Program-made: the position numbers and the translations under genes
In this document: positions 1 through 8,779 of the stretch, piece after piece
Numbering within the stretch: position 1 is the stretch's first letter
How the letters are laid out: each line of letters starts with the position of its first letter
The notes under the pieces: model-generated
Databases searched by the model: none
What the model was told of the DNA's origin: nothing
What the model saw: the letters and a program-made list of their open reading frames with translations, nothing else
DNA from: an uncultured Desulfobacteraceae bacterium
GTDB lineage: Bacteria > Desulfobacterota > DSM-4660 > Desulfatiglandales > HGW-15
Direction: 5' to 3'
Length of the DNA: 64,000 bases
NCBI GenBank assembly: GCA_964418945.1
Contig: CAYQNR010000005.1
Span: 5,771-69,770 of the forward strand

Positions 1-458
1 CCTAAAAATATTTCAATTTCCGCATCAAAATTGGCCGTCAGATCCGGTAACTGACCGCCCAGGAAGAAGAGATATTCGTCGACATCGTGGTGATGTGATT
101 GCAGTTCCATCTTGAATGGTTTGACATAATAACGGAATCCCATATTTATGCCAGCGCCAGAAAGGTCACTGGCACCACGGAAACTGATCGTCGGACTCAG
201 TATGGTGTCGGTTAACGGTTTCTCTTTCAGCCTGGTGCAGAACAGGTGGTCGTATTTGTTACCGGTAGTTCCTTCGGGCCAGGGGGAAAGGTTGGGTGTC
301 TCCCGAAAATTATCCAGGGGCTTCTATTGCTCTTGCGCCATTGCAGCCGTTGGCGAACCTAATTGAGCCAATGCCATTGCCGCCAGAGCGGTAGAGGCTG
401 TTAAATCACTGAAAAATGCCCTGCGGGTTTGATTCTTTTTACTGGTAATAGAACTCAT
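1..458 (-). pseudogene. Tat-signal cupin-like protein, paralog A. The 3' end is cut by the window edge and there is an in-frame TAG at 324..326.
   Basis: ATG at 458..456 follows a GGAGAG RBS. The N-terminus reads MSSITSKKNQTRRAFFSDLTASTALAAMALAQLGSPTAAMAQEQ, then TAG, then KPLDNFRETPNLSPWPEGTTGNKYDHLFCTRLKEK...HHHDVDEYLFFLG. It is about 90% identical at nucleotide level to 2643..3134 by eye. The ORF track misses it because no Met follows the TAG. Confidence 0.55.
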
Positions 459-582
459 TGAATCTCTCCTTTCATGTTGCTGTTTACTGCGCATGATATG
501 AAGAAGGACGCTCGTTCATAGTTCAATATCTTTTTTCAATTGGATTATTAAAGAATCGTCCCGCTTATTACACAGCCGTAAA

Positions 583-621
583 GCCATGAATTCCATGAAC
601 CGGATCTTTGGAATTCATGGC
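583..621 (-). terminator. Hairpin (13-bp perfect arms) about 9 nt downstream of the selenoprotein stop codon
   Basis: GCCATGAATTCCA (583..595) and TGGAATTCATGGC (609..621) are exact reverse complements with a 13-nt loop. The U-tract on the minus strand is weak (TTTAC). Confidence 0.35.
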
Positions 622-629
622 ATTTGCTT

Positions 630-2345
630 CTAGTACTTCTCGTAAATCGGTTTGAGATTACTGTACTTCGCCACCAGCTTGTCCCAATTTTTCGGCAATT
701 CTATTTTTTTAGTGACAAGGGTATTATTGAAAAATCCGGGGCCAACGCTCCTAAGCAGGCCTATAAATGAGCCAGGCCCTCCGGCAACCAGAATTATAAG
801 GTTCTCGGTATCCATTTTTGAAGGAGTGGCGGCGTTTGAAAAACCGGCGATTTTCGAACCGCCAATGCTATGCTCCGCTATATATTCTTTGACTTTCTGC
901 TTCGTGTATCCTTCGCTCGATAAAACCCTGGCCCAGGAAGGAATAAGAATGACGCTGGACATGCTGGTGGTTCCAATGTTTACAAGCGTATCCAGAATCC
1001 CTTTTGCGTCTGTTCCGCCTGGAACCGTCTGAATAAAGGTGTTGGGAAAGAACACGGTCACGGTGTTGTCTTCTTTTGTGAAGCCGCGCTCGACGCTGAG
1101 AGGCTCCCAGGGGCTCGCCTCTTCATCCTCACCGATTACAAGGCTGTACTTGCCGGGATTGCCGATGACCCCCATGTCCTCGACAGCCTTTCTTGCTCCG
1201 CCGATGTTCTTGACGATAAGTCCCACGGCCCGGCCGATTGCAGAATTAGCGATATTTCCCGGACTTAGCGCGCCCGAGCTGCAATTGATGTGGATGTCTC
1301 TTCTTATCCGGCCGTTGATGGTAAGGGAGGGCGCCCAGGAACCTGTACTTACTTCAAATGTATCAAACCTGGCTTTCGGATCGGCAAAAGCCTGTACTGT
1401 AGCGATTAAAACCGGCATATGGGTTGGAAGCGCACCGGCCATCACCGCGTTAATCGCGATCTTTTCAATCGTGGCTTTTCCTTTTCTCGGGATGATCGTC
1501 GCCACAATATGGTCGGGCGGCAGATCCGTCCCGGTCAGCATCTCCGCGACGGCTTCCTCAGTCGGCGGAATAATGGGCATACCGTCGCCCCACCCCTTGC
1601 GGTAGTAGAACCGGTTTACCTCCTGAAGAGTTCCTTTAAACGCTACCCTTGGAGTCTTGCCTGTTTTCTGCTTCGGAGATTTCTCTTCGGGACTCAGCGG
1701 CCTGGTCAGGCCTTCAACCAGGTCTTTCATGGCTGCCGCTACGCCCTCTTCTATCTCGGATATGACAGTGGATTCACAAGCCACGGATTCTCCCACGATT
1801 CTGATTCCGGGCATTCCCTTACTCGATGCAGCTGAATGAGCATCGTCAACAAAACCATTATTAGCCAGTAGCACGACCGGCTTGCCAAAGTCCTCGACCG
1901 CTATTCCATTATAGACGAGGTACTTTGTACAGGACCCTCAGTCACCGACAACGGCGATTACCGCGTCAACTTCCCTGACCCAGGCAGTAAACTTTTCTTT
2001 GTTCTTTGTCTCGATCTCGTTGACATTCGGCTCTGTGGAATGGAACACGATTGTCTGGATATCGGGGTAAATATTCTTAAGTCTCTTATCGATTGATTCC
2101 GCGATCGGCATGGCTGCCCGCTTGGAATTGACGAATAATCCGATTTTCTTTCCCGCGAGGCTTTGGATTCTCGGGGAGATCCCTCTTAACGGGATCGGGT
2201 CTGCATCCGCCCATGGACTGAGAACTTCAAATGGAATTTCCTGCTTCTTCGGTTCGGAACCCCCGGCTGTTTGAGCCATGGATAAGTCCTGGACAGCTAT
2301 AACGGCAAAAATTCCGATAAAAAGCGCTATTAAAAATCTGTTCAT
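630..2345 (-). CDS. UGSC-family selenoprotein (571 aa if TGA 1938..1940 is Sec) with an N-terminal Sec-type signal peptide
   Basis: ORF-track entries 1938..2345 and 630..1874 are in the same frame. They are separated only by TGA plus 21 sense codons. The junction reads ...DAVIAVVGD-U-GSCTKYLVYNGIAVEDFGKPV-VLLANNGF. The signal peptide is MNRFLIALFIGIFAVIAVQDLSMA|Q. Confidence 0.8.
1892..1920 (-). other. Candidate SECIS-like stem-loop starting 17 nt 3' of the UGA
   Basis: On the minus strand the RNA reads CCUCG-U-CUAU-AAUGGA-AUAG-CGGU-CGAGG, giving 5-bp and 4-bp stems with a GG-containing loop. This was folded by eye only. Confidence 0.3.
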
Positions 2346-2449
2346 GGTAGTCTCATTCTCCTTTCAAAATGGTTTGGTAAAAGGGGACATCGCGCAGAGT
2401 GTGTAATGAAACTATAAATCCGTTTCTGCACGAATGTCCAATTAATTTA

Positions 2450-3097
2450 CTAATCGATCTTTTTATTACCGATAAATTGCATATAACCCGTCTGGTAGTA
2501 CCCGTTGAAATAGGGCGACAGAAGCAGGGGCATGAACAATAACGGTTTGCCCACCCTCTTAATATCCATCGGATTGTGCTCGAATCCTCTGGGAATATAG
2601 AGGATACAGGGTTTGGTAATGATATGTCTTTCATACTCCGGCCCCAAAAATATTTCAATTTCCGCATCGAAATTGGCCGTCAGATCCGGTAACTGGGCGC
2701 CAAGGAAGAAGAGATATTCATCGACATCGTGGTGATGTGATTGCAGTTCCATCTTAAATGGTTTGACATAATAGCGGAATCCCATATTGATGCCAGCGCC
2801 TGGAAGGTCGCTTGCACCGCGGAAACTGATCGTCGGACTGAGTATGGTATCTGTTAGCGGTTTCTCTTTCAGCCTGGTGCAGAACAGATGATCGTATTTG
2901 TTGCCGGTAGTTCCCTCAGGCCAGGGCGGAAGGTTGGATGGCATCCGAAAATTATCCGGAGGCTTCTTATCCTCTTGTGCCAGTGCCGCCGTTGGCGAGC
3001 CTAATTGGGCCATTGCTATTGCTGCCAGAGCGGTGGAGGCTGTTACATCGCTGAAAAATGCCCTGCGAGTTAGTTTCTTTTTATTGTTAATAGTCAT
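2450..3097 (-). CDS. Tat-exported cupin-like protein, paralog B (216 aa)
   Basis: ATG at 3097..3095 follows GGAGAGAT. The Tat signal is MTINNKKKLTRRAFFSDVTASTALAAIAMAQLGSPTAALA|QED. His-rich core motifs are HHHDVDEYLFFLG and IPRGFEHNPMDIKRVGKP. The longer track ORF (to 3331) overlaps the esterase and was trimmed. Confidence 0.8.
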   Translation of the reverse strand: MTINNKKKLTRRAFFSDVTASTALAAIAMAQLGSPTAALAQEDKKPPDNFRMPSNLPPWPEGTTGNKYDHLFCTRLKEKPLTDTILSPTISFRGASDLPGAGINMGFRYYVKPFKMELQSHHHDVDEYLFFLGAQLPDLTANFDAEIEIFLGPEYERHIITKPCILYIPRGFEHNPMDIKRVGKPLLFMPLLLSPYFNGYYQTGYMQFIGNKKID

Positions 3098-3180
3098 TGG
3101 ATCTCTCCTTTCATGTTGCTGCTTATTGCGCGTGTCTGATTGTGTGCTCTGGCCATGGGGACCGGAGTACCTGACCCGAC

Positions 3181-4800
3181 CTATTTCACAAAGGCTTCGC
3201 CCTCGGGAGTCCTCCGCCAGGCGAAATACCGATCCATGACCTTGAGCGCATCGGCACTGGGGACCGGCCCGGTGTGAGGCGTCCGGGCAAAGTGCATCAC
3301 CACGGGGTCGACGTCGCTGAACGCCGGCCACTCGGGGAGGCCCGGGCCGTTCGGGTCGCCGGATTTGGCGAAGTTTGTCCAGTAGGTGGCCATAGCCTCC
3401 GAAATTACCTCGTCCGACTTGGCAGGCTGCTGATTCGGATTCAGGTGCTGGAATACATAGGACACTTCCTGCCCATGCGGCGATCCTTGCCCGGCCTGCG
3501 GTGAATCAGCCGGATAATCCGGATGCTGATCGAAGTAATAGTAAAACACCCTGGATTTACCCGTCTTTGACTGCAACCGCGCCCAAATCCAGGTTTGCCA
3601 TCCGAACGCTGCGTCACGCATCAGGTCGCGTGCGGTCTTGGCCACGGTTTCTGTACCCGGGGGATAGGCCGCGATGAGTTTATCGGCGAACGGACCGAAG
3701 CGCGACTTCACGCTGGCAATGTAATCCTCCGGGGTCCGCGCGGGAGAGAAGCTCAGGCCCTCGTCGGAATTATAGCCAATCAGAACCGGAACGTCGTTGT
3801 AACGCTTCGCTTCATAGAGCTTGTATTGATCGTCAGGAATCACCCATCCATCGATGATCGGCCAATTGCTCAGGCCGGCTGGCCCGCCACCACCACGAGC
3901 AGCCTGACCGCCTTGACCACGGCCGCCGCTCGAAAGCTTATCTGGAGAGAGCTTCCGCGCTTTCTCTATGGATTCCACGCCGGACGCTTTGAGGGTTGCT
4001 ATACCCGAACGCTCAGCGTCGATCAACTTTTTCATGTTCTCACCGGGCATGGTTGCAGGCCTCGGAGGTCCAAACGACCCGCCACTCTCCGAGATCGCGC
4101 CGTGAAACAGCCCTTTTGCCAGCGGCGACGCGCACAACATGCTGACGGCGATTCCTCCGGCTGACTCGCCGAAGATGGTCACATGATTGGGATCCCCACC
4201 GAATGCGGAAATGTTGTTCTGTATCCACTTGAGACTGGCAATCATGTCAAGCAGACCGTAGTTTCCAGATACGTGGTTTTCAGTCTCGGCGCTCAACTCC
4301 GGATGAACGAAGAATCCCATTTGCCCTACGCGGTAGGCGATACTCACCAGCACTACCCCCTTCTTGGCAAGTTTCTCTCCGCTGAATATGGGATAGGATG
4401 TCGCACCGCCTGCGAATCCGCCACCGTAGATCCACACAAAAACGGGAACGCGATCGAGCTGCGATTTCGCCGGACTCCAGATATTCAAATATAAACAGTC
4501 CTCACACGGCGCAGGTCCGCTGCCGCCGGGACCCATCATCATGCCCTGTACGCACGCGGGAGCGAACTTGACGGTGTCTTTCACGCCGTCCCACTTCACC
4601 ACCGGCTGAGGGGCGCGCCAACGGAGGTCACCGACCGGAGGCGCTGCAAACGGGATGCCTCTGTAAACCGTGAGCCCATCCTCGACAGCACCTTGCACCA
4701 ATCCGCCCTCTACCCTGACAGGGGCGGGCGCAGGCTCCTGCGCGAAACAGATCCCGGCTATAAGAATTACGAATATTGCGACTAGAAAAGATCTCTTCAT
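3181..4800 (-). CDS. Secreted type-B carboxylesterase/lipase
   Basis: Signal peptide MKRSFLVAIFVILIAGICFA|QE. Family motifs present: YRGIPFAAPPVGDLRWRAPQP, EDCLYLNIW, GGGF, and the nucleophile elbow GESAGG. Confidence 0.9.
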   Translation of the reverse strand: MKRSFLVAIFVILIAGICFAQEPAPAPVRVEGGLVQGAVEDGLTVYRGIPFAAPPVGDLRWRAPQPVVKWDGVKDTVKFAPACVQGMMMGPGGSGPAPCEDCLYLNIWSPAKSQLDRVPVFVWIYGGGFAGGATSYPIFSGEKLAKKGVVLVSIAYRVGQMGFFVHPELSAETENHVSGNYGLLDMIASLKWIQNNISAFGGDPNHVTIFGESAGGIAVSMLCASPLAKGLFHGAISESGGSFGPPRPATMPGENMKKLIDAERSGIATLKASGVESIEKARKLSPDKLSSGGRGQGGQAARGGGGPAGLSNWPIIDGWVIPDDQYKLYEAKRYNDVPVLIGYNSDEGLSFSPARTPEDYIASVKSRFGPFADKLIAAYPPGTETVAKTARDLMRDAAFGWQTWIWARLQSKTGKSRVFYYYFDQHPDYPADSPQAGQGSPHGQEVSYVFQHLNPNQQPAKSDEVISEAMATYWTNFAKSGDPNGPGLPEWPAFSDVDPVVMHFARTPHTGPVPSADALKVMDRYFAWRRTPEGEAFVK

Positions 4801-5012
4801 TTGATGTTGCCTCCTTTCATTGCAAAGTTGCTTTTTTTAAACACATTCGGTAAAAAACGGCAGTACTCCCAACGATAGGAACTTGCTTTTATATTAATTG
4901 TGTCAATAAAATTATCTGCGCGGTATCCAGTGGAGTGACATTCCTTTTATGAAGAAAATTGGGGTGCTATCGGGTTTACCCGTTTTATTTAAACACCATT
5001 AGAAAACACTGA

Positions 5013-5210
5013 TGTAGAGAGACCATAAAACGGTATTTGACTACACTTGTATTGCTACTGATCGTGAATTCTGACGAATTGAGAAAGGCCGGTATTAACA
5101 GTGTATTCTACGTTTCCCCGAATACGGCCCACGAGTTCCTGTCATGGCTACGTAGCCTGCGCGAGTTCGCACACCTTCCGGGACTAGATGGGAACACGTT
5201 CTGCACGTAA
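5013..5210 (+). pseudogene. C-terminal remnant of an esterase-like gene (no start codon)
   Basis: The open frame reads ...LIVNSDELRKAGINSVFYVSPNTAHEFLSWLRSLREFAHLPG...*. This resembles the C-terminal His region of 'putative esterase' family proteins. There is a stop immediately upstream at 5010 and no ATG or RBS. Confidence 0.35.
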
Positions 5211-5241
5211 TCTTAAAATATTTTGATCTAAAATAAAGCTG

Positions 5242-5709
5242 CTATTGTCTTTCAAGCACCTTCATTATACTAATAGGCTTACCATCTTTACTACCTATCA
5301 AGGTCTGCCTCATCGTTTTACCGTCCTTGCTTACAACTTTATGGTATCTGGCAATTTGTTTACCATTTTTCATGATGTTCACGCACCAGTGACCTGGTTC
5401 AATTAATGTTTGAACATAGATCACTCCTTCATCGAGAGTCCTGGAAAGAACCTTGGCAAATCCTCCTTGTTTAGGCCATGTCCATAAAGCTGTATATAAA
5501 GAGCCATCCGGGTTAATAGTCTTTATAGATAATTCTATCAAATTTCCATCGATTTCACGGTATGTATTTGTATCTTCTTTTATCCCCTGTTGATCGGCAG
5601 GAAAACTTGATTTCTCAAAATTGGTCTTCCATGTGCCTATGATTGGGTCAGCAGCCCAAAGGATCCCAGGAAAAGAAAAAATAAAAAGAATAAAGATTAT
5701 TTTCCGCAT
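5242..5709 (-). CDS. Small secreted beta-barrel (lipocalin-like) protein
   Basis: ATG at 5709 follows GGAGGAAAC. Signal peptide MRKIIFILFIFSFPGILWA|AD. IIGTWK... is a typical lipocalin-like N-terminal strand. The function is unknown. Confidence 0.6.
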   Translation of the reverse strand: MRKIIFILFIFSFPGILWAADPIIGTWKTNFEKSSFPADQQGIKEDTNTYREIDGNLIELSIKTINPDGSLYTALWTWPKQGGFAKVLSRTLDEGVIYVQTLIEPGHWCVNIMKNGKQIARYHKVVSKDGKTMRQTLIGSKDGKPISIMKVLERQ

Positions 5710-5885
5710 AGTTTCCTCCAAGTGTGGTGTTGTGAATAGCTTAATTCCTACTTTACCGCTAAGCGTTTTGGATATGAATTCCTTTTTTGAGTAATTGATT
5801 ATATGGAGGTCCATCCTGTATGTCAATATTGAACCTGACACTGTTTTGTTTTCCATATCAACTATAATTTAGCCAACCGTTTTTT

Positions 5886-7373
5886 CTATTGTCCCAGCAA
5901 AGAATATCCTGATTTAACCTGGAAGGGATAACCTATATCGGCGTACTTATCCCCGGATGCATCCCAGGCCGGCCAGTCTATTAGATCCTTTACACTGGGA
6001 TTTCCCGTTTTCATGAACTGGGCCCATATAGTCATTACTTCATCAGCGTCCTGCATATCCTCATTCGTTACTCCTGCGTTTGTAGTTACTCCGGCAGGAC
6101 GTTTTTGACCGAAGGCTGATCCAATACGCATTTCACTCCAGGCCCAGGGAAGATCGATGAAACCAAAAACATAGGGCAGTTCATTCCCATGGCCGGTAGT
6201 GCCCCCAAGCTCTCTCCACCCCGCTGGTACCAGACCAAAAATACAGGTATAGCTTTTGGCTCCATTTTTAGTGTTGCCGTTGAAAATGTCCATATAAGCC
6301 GGAATTTGTTTAAGCATAGTAGGTCTAGCGCCGAATATTTCCCCGTAGTTGGCGACCCCCAATAGGGGAACAGCATTGTGATTGCCATCCCTGATGATTT
6401 TGTCATGGGATTCAGGAAATACATAACCATCTACTGTGTAGTTCCATACAGGACCAGCCGGTGTAAACATATTCAGTTCCGAGCCAAGTTCGCTGTTGGC
6501 CTTTTCTATGGTCTTCCAGTCGAGTGCCCGTGCCTCAGCCAGTGTGGTAACTCCCAGCTTGGCAAACAACTTAGCGCCTATAGCTTCCTGGTCCTTAAGG
6601 GGAGTTCCGGGAAACAACATATATAATGAGCCGCTCTCAATAATAGCCTTATGGAAAAGCCCTTTGGCTAAAGGGGAGGCGAGCATACCGATAACTTTAC
6701 CCCCGCCTCCGGAAAACCCGGCGATAGTGACGTTATTCGGATCGCCACCGAAAGCGGCGATGTTACTTTGTATCCATTTTAGGGATGCGATCAGGTCCAA
6801 GACCATGTAGTTCCCGGAGGCATTATGGGGTGACTCGCCGGATAGTTCCGATGCGGCCAAAAGGCCCATTACTCCTAGCCTGTGGGTCACCGAGACCAGG
6901 ACAATGCCATGTTCGGGTAGTGCCGGTGAGTTTGAGTCCGGGGTATTGCCGCTGCCCATATGGTAGCAACCGCCATGGAACCAGACCATTACCGGGAACT
7001 TATCGGAGACATTTTCAGCCGGTGTCTGGACGTTCAGGTATAAGCAGTCCTCGCCTATCTGCGTTGGTGATTCTCCCATGGGATTAGCTATGTCCTGGGA
7101 TGGTGTCAAACCGAAATCGGTGCACTCCCTGATACCAGACCAGGGTTTAACCGGCTGCGGCGGTTTCCAGCACAAATCACCTAATGGGGGGGCGGCATAG
7201 GGAATACCGCGAAAGATATGAACCGGATTGTCGCTGATTACCGTACCGGAAATATATCCGCTATCAATTTTTACTAACGCAGTAATTGGTTCTTCAGAGT
7301 TACAGGCCGGTGCTAGTAAGGCTGTTACACAAACCATGGCAACCAATAGTGTAATAATTAATGTCTTTCTCAT
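5886..7373 (-). CDS. Type-B carboxylesterase, lipoprotein form (second copy)
   Basis: ATG at 7373 follows AGGAG. The lipobox is LLAPAC. Family motifs: FRGIPYAAPPLGDLCWKPPQP and EDCLYLNV. The nucleophile elbow is the variant GFSGGG. Confidence 0.85.
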   Translation of the reverse strand: MRKTLIITLLVAMVCVTALLAPACNSEEPITALVKIDSGYISGTVISDNPVHIFRGIPYAAPPLGDLCWKPPQPVKPWSGIRECTDFGLTPSQDIANPMGESPTQIGEDCLYLNVQTPAENVSDKFPVMVWFHGGCYHMGSGNTPDSNSPALPEHGIVLVSVTHRLGVMGLLAASELSGESPHNASGNYMVLDLIASLKWIQSNIAAFGGDPNNVTIAGFSGGGGKVIGMLASPLAKGLFHKAIIESGSLYMLFPGTPLKDQEAIGAKLFAKLGVTTLAEARALDWKTIEKANSELGSELNMFTPAGPVWNYTVDGYVFPESHDKIIRDGNHNAVPLLGVANYGEIFGARPTMLKQIPAYMDIFNGNTKNGAKSYTCIFGLVPAGWRELGGTTGHGNELPYVFGFIDLPWAWSEMRIGSAFGQKRPAGVTTNAGVTNEDMQDADEVMTIWAQFMKTGNPSVKDLIDWPAWDASGDKYADIGYPFQVKSGYSLLGQ

Positions 7374-7512
7374 CAATTTCTCCTTTTGTAATTAAATATT
7401 ATCCTGATTCAATCTCTCATATTCTTAAGAAAGAATCTTCTGTTACCAGTTACGCACATTTGGGACTATGGACAACATTTAGAAGCTCTCGTTGTATCTC
7501 AATTTGGCGCTG

Positions 7513-7548
7513 GCAGAGCGTGTATTACTGTAATAAATTACGCTCTGC
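7513..7548 (-). terminator. Hairpin about 30 nt downstream of the 7579 stop
   Basis: GCAGAGCGT (7513..7521) pairs with ACGCTCTGC (7540..7548). The inner GTATTAC/GTAATA extends the stem. There is no clear U-tract. Confidence 0.35.
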
Positions 7549-7578
7549 ACAAACGTCACACCTACTCATTTTTAAAGC

Positions 7579-8496
7579 TTATTTAGATTTTGAGTGTTTA
7601 CTGAAAAATTCATAAACGCTCGGAAGAGCAGCCGTGATCACGGGACCATGGCTTATACCCTCCATTTCGTTGAATTCACAGGTCATATTCAATTCTTTGG
7701 CCTTTTCAACCCACCGGCGGGAAATGTCAACTGGTACCACCTCGTCAGCAGCGCCGTGAATAAATATCACCGGCATGCTTTTAATTTTAGCCAGGCTGTC
7801 GGGTTCGATGCCAAAAGCGGCCGGTGCAATGGACGCCAGAGCAGCCCATTTATTCGGGTATTTTGATCCAAGATAAAGTGTCCCGGCGCCGCCCATGGAA
7901 TGACCCATCAGGTATATCCGGTTCTCATCAACATTATACTCCCTGCGAACGATATCCAGAACGTTCATTACATCCTTTTCACTCAACTCGCGCAGGTTCG
8001 GCGGATCATTGGGGTCATAAAACAGTGATGCCTTTGGTTTTGGTTTGGGCACTGCATCGTCACCGGTCTGGGCCTTTTGGGGCGGAGTCTTGCCTTCGGG
8101 CCTGCCGAACGGCATCCCGTACCACCCCCGTTCGTTATAACCCATGGGCGCCACGAGGATGTATCCGCCTTCTTCCGCAAGATCCACAGCCTGTTTTGTA
8201 ACCATAATTGACGGACCTGCACCCAGACCATGCAGCGTAACAATGAGAGGGGCCTTTTTGTCCTGGCTTACCTTTGATGAAACAAACAGGCAGTATTTAA
8301 GGTCTTCCTTTGTATCCTCAAAGTGATAGGTCAGTTCCTTTGCCCTGGAATCCATCTGAAATGGATTGAAACCCATTTTTGGCCTGGGCTTGGGAGCGGT
8401 ATCCTGAGCCAGTGGAAACTGTGGCAGAAAAAGACTGATTACAAGACATAATACCGTTAAAAATATTTTGCTCCTTTTTCCGTACCTGCTTTTCAT
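7579..8496 (-). CDS. Secreted alpha/beta hydrolase (esterase/PHB-depolymerase-like)
   Basis: ATG at 8496 follows AAGGAGG. The signal reads MKSRYGKRSKIFLTVLCLVISLFLPQFPLA|QD. Motifs: LHGLGAG, nucleophile GHSMGG, and acid/His region IHGAADEVV...ISHG. Confidence 0.8.
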   Translation of the reverse strand: MKSRYGKRSKIFLTVLCLVISLFLPQFPLAQDTAPKPRPKMGFNPFQMDSRAKELTYHFEDTKEDLKYCLFVSSKVSQDKKAPLIVTLHGLGAGPSIMVTKQAVDLAEEGGYILVAPMGYNERGWYGMPFGRPEGKTPPQKAQTGDDAVPKPKPKASLFYDPNDPPNLRELSEKDVMNVLDIVRREYNVDENRIYLMGHSMGGAGTLYLGSKYPNKWAALASIAPAAFGIEPDSLAKIKSMPVIFIHGAADEVVPVDISRRWVEKAKELNMTCEFNEMEGISHGPVITAALPSVYEFFSKHSKSK

Positions 8497-8529
8497 TTGA
8501 GAACCTCCTTGTAAAAAATTATTAAAATT

Positions 8530-8673
8530 TATTCGCCTTCGCCAGAATACCCTGCGGCTTGCCGCAGGGATGAATGGCAAGGTGAACCGCGCCGAAGCTC
8601 GTTAGAGCGAAGGCGGGTTGGCTATGGCGCAATTCCGCTTGATACCCCACCGCTTGCGGTGGGGAGCTTCATT
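8530..8673. repeat. Composite of GC-rich hairpin (REP-like) repeats
   Basis: CCCTGCGGC-TTG-CCGCAGGG lies at 8550..8569 and CCCCACCGC-TTG-CGGTGGGG at 8645..8664. The 25-mer ACCGCTTGCGGTGGGGAGCTTCATT recurs at 59671..59695. Confidence 0.6.
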
Positions 8674-8779
8674 TAAGCATTCTTTAATTTCTATTAAATG
8701 GTTAACAGATGTAAATGATCATTAATTATATACCAGTGGAATTTCCAATCAAGTTGTAATAAAATTGAATATACTGCCA

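Noticed and set aside
2450-3331. The 293-aa version of the cupin-like ORF (start at 3331), and similar long N-terminal extensions at 7579..8580, 5242..5856, 18858..20927 and 37020..38513.
   Set aside because: The extensions overlap the upstream gene or a repeat element and lack an RBS. Internal Met codons preceded by GGAG-type RBS give proper signal peptides or Rossmann N-termini.
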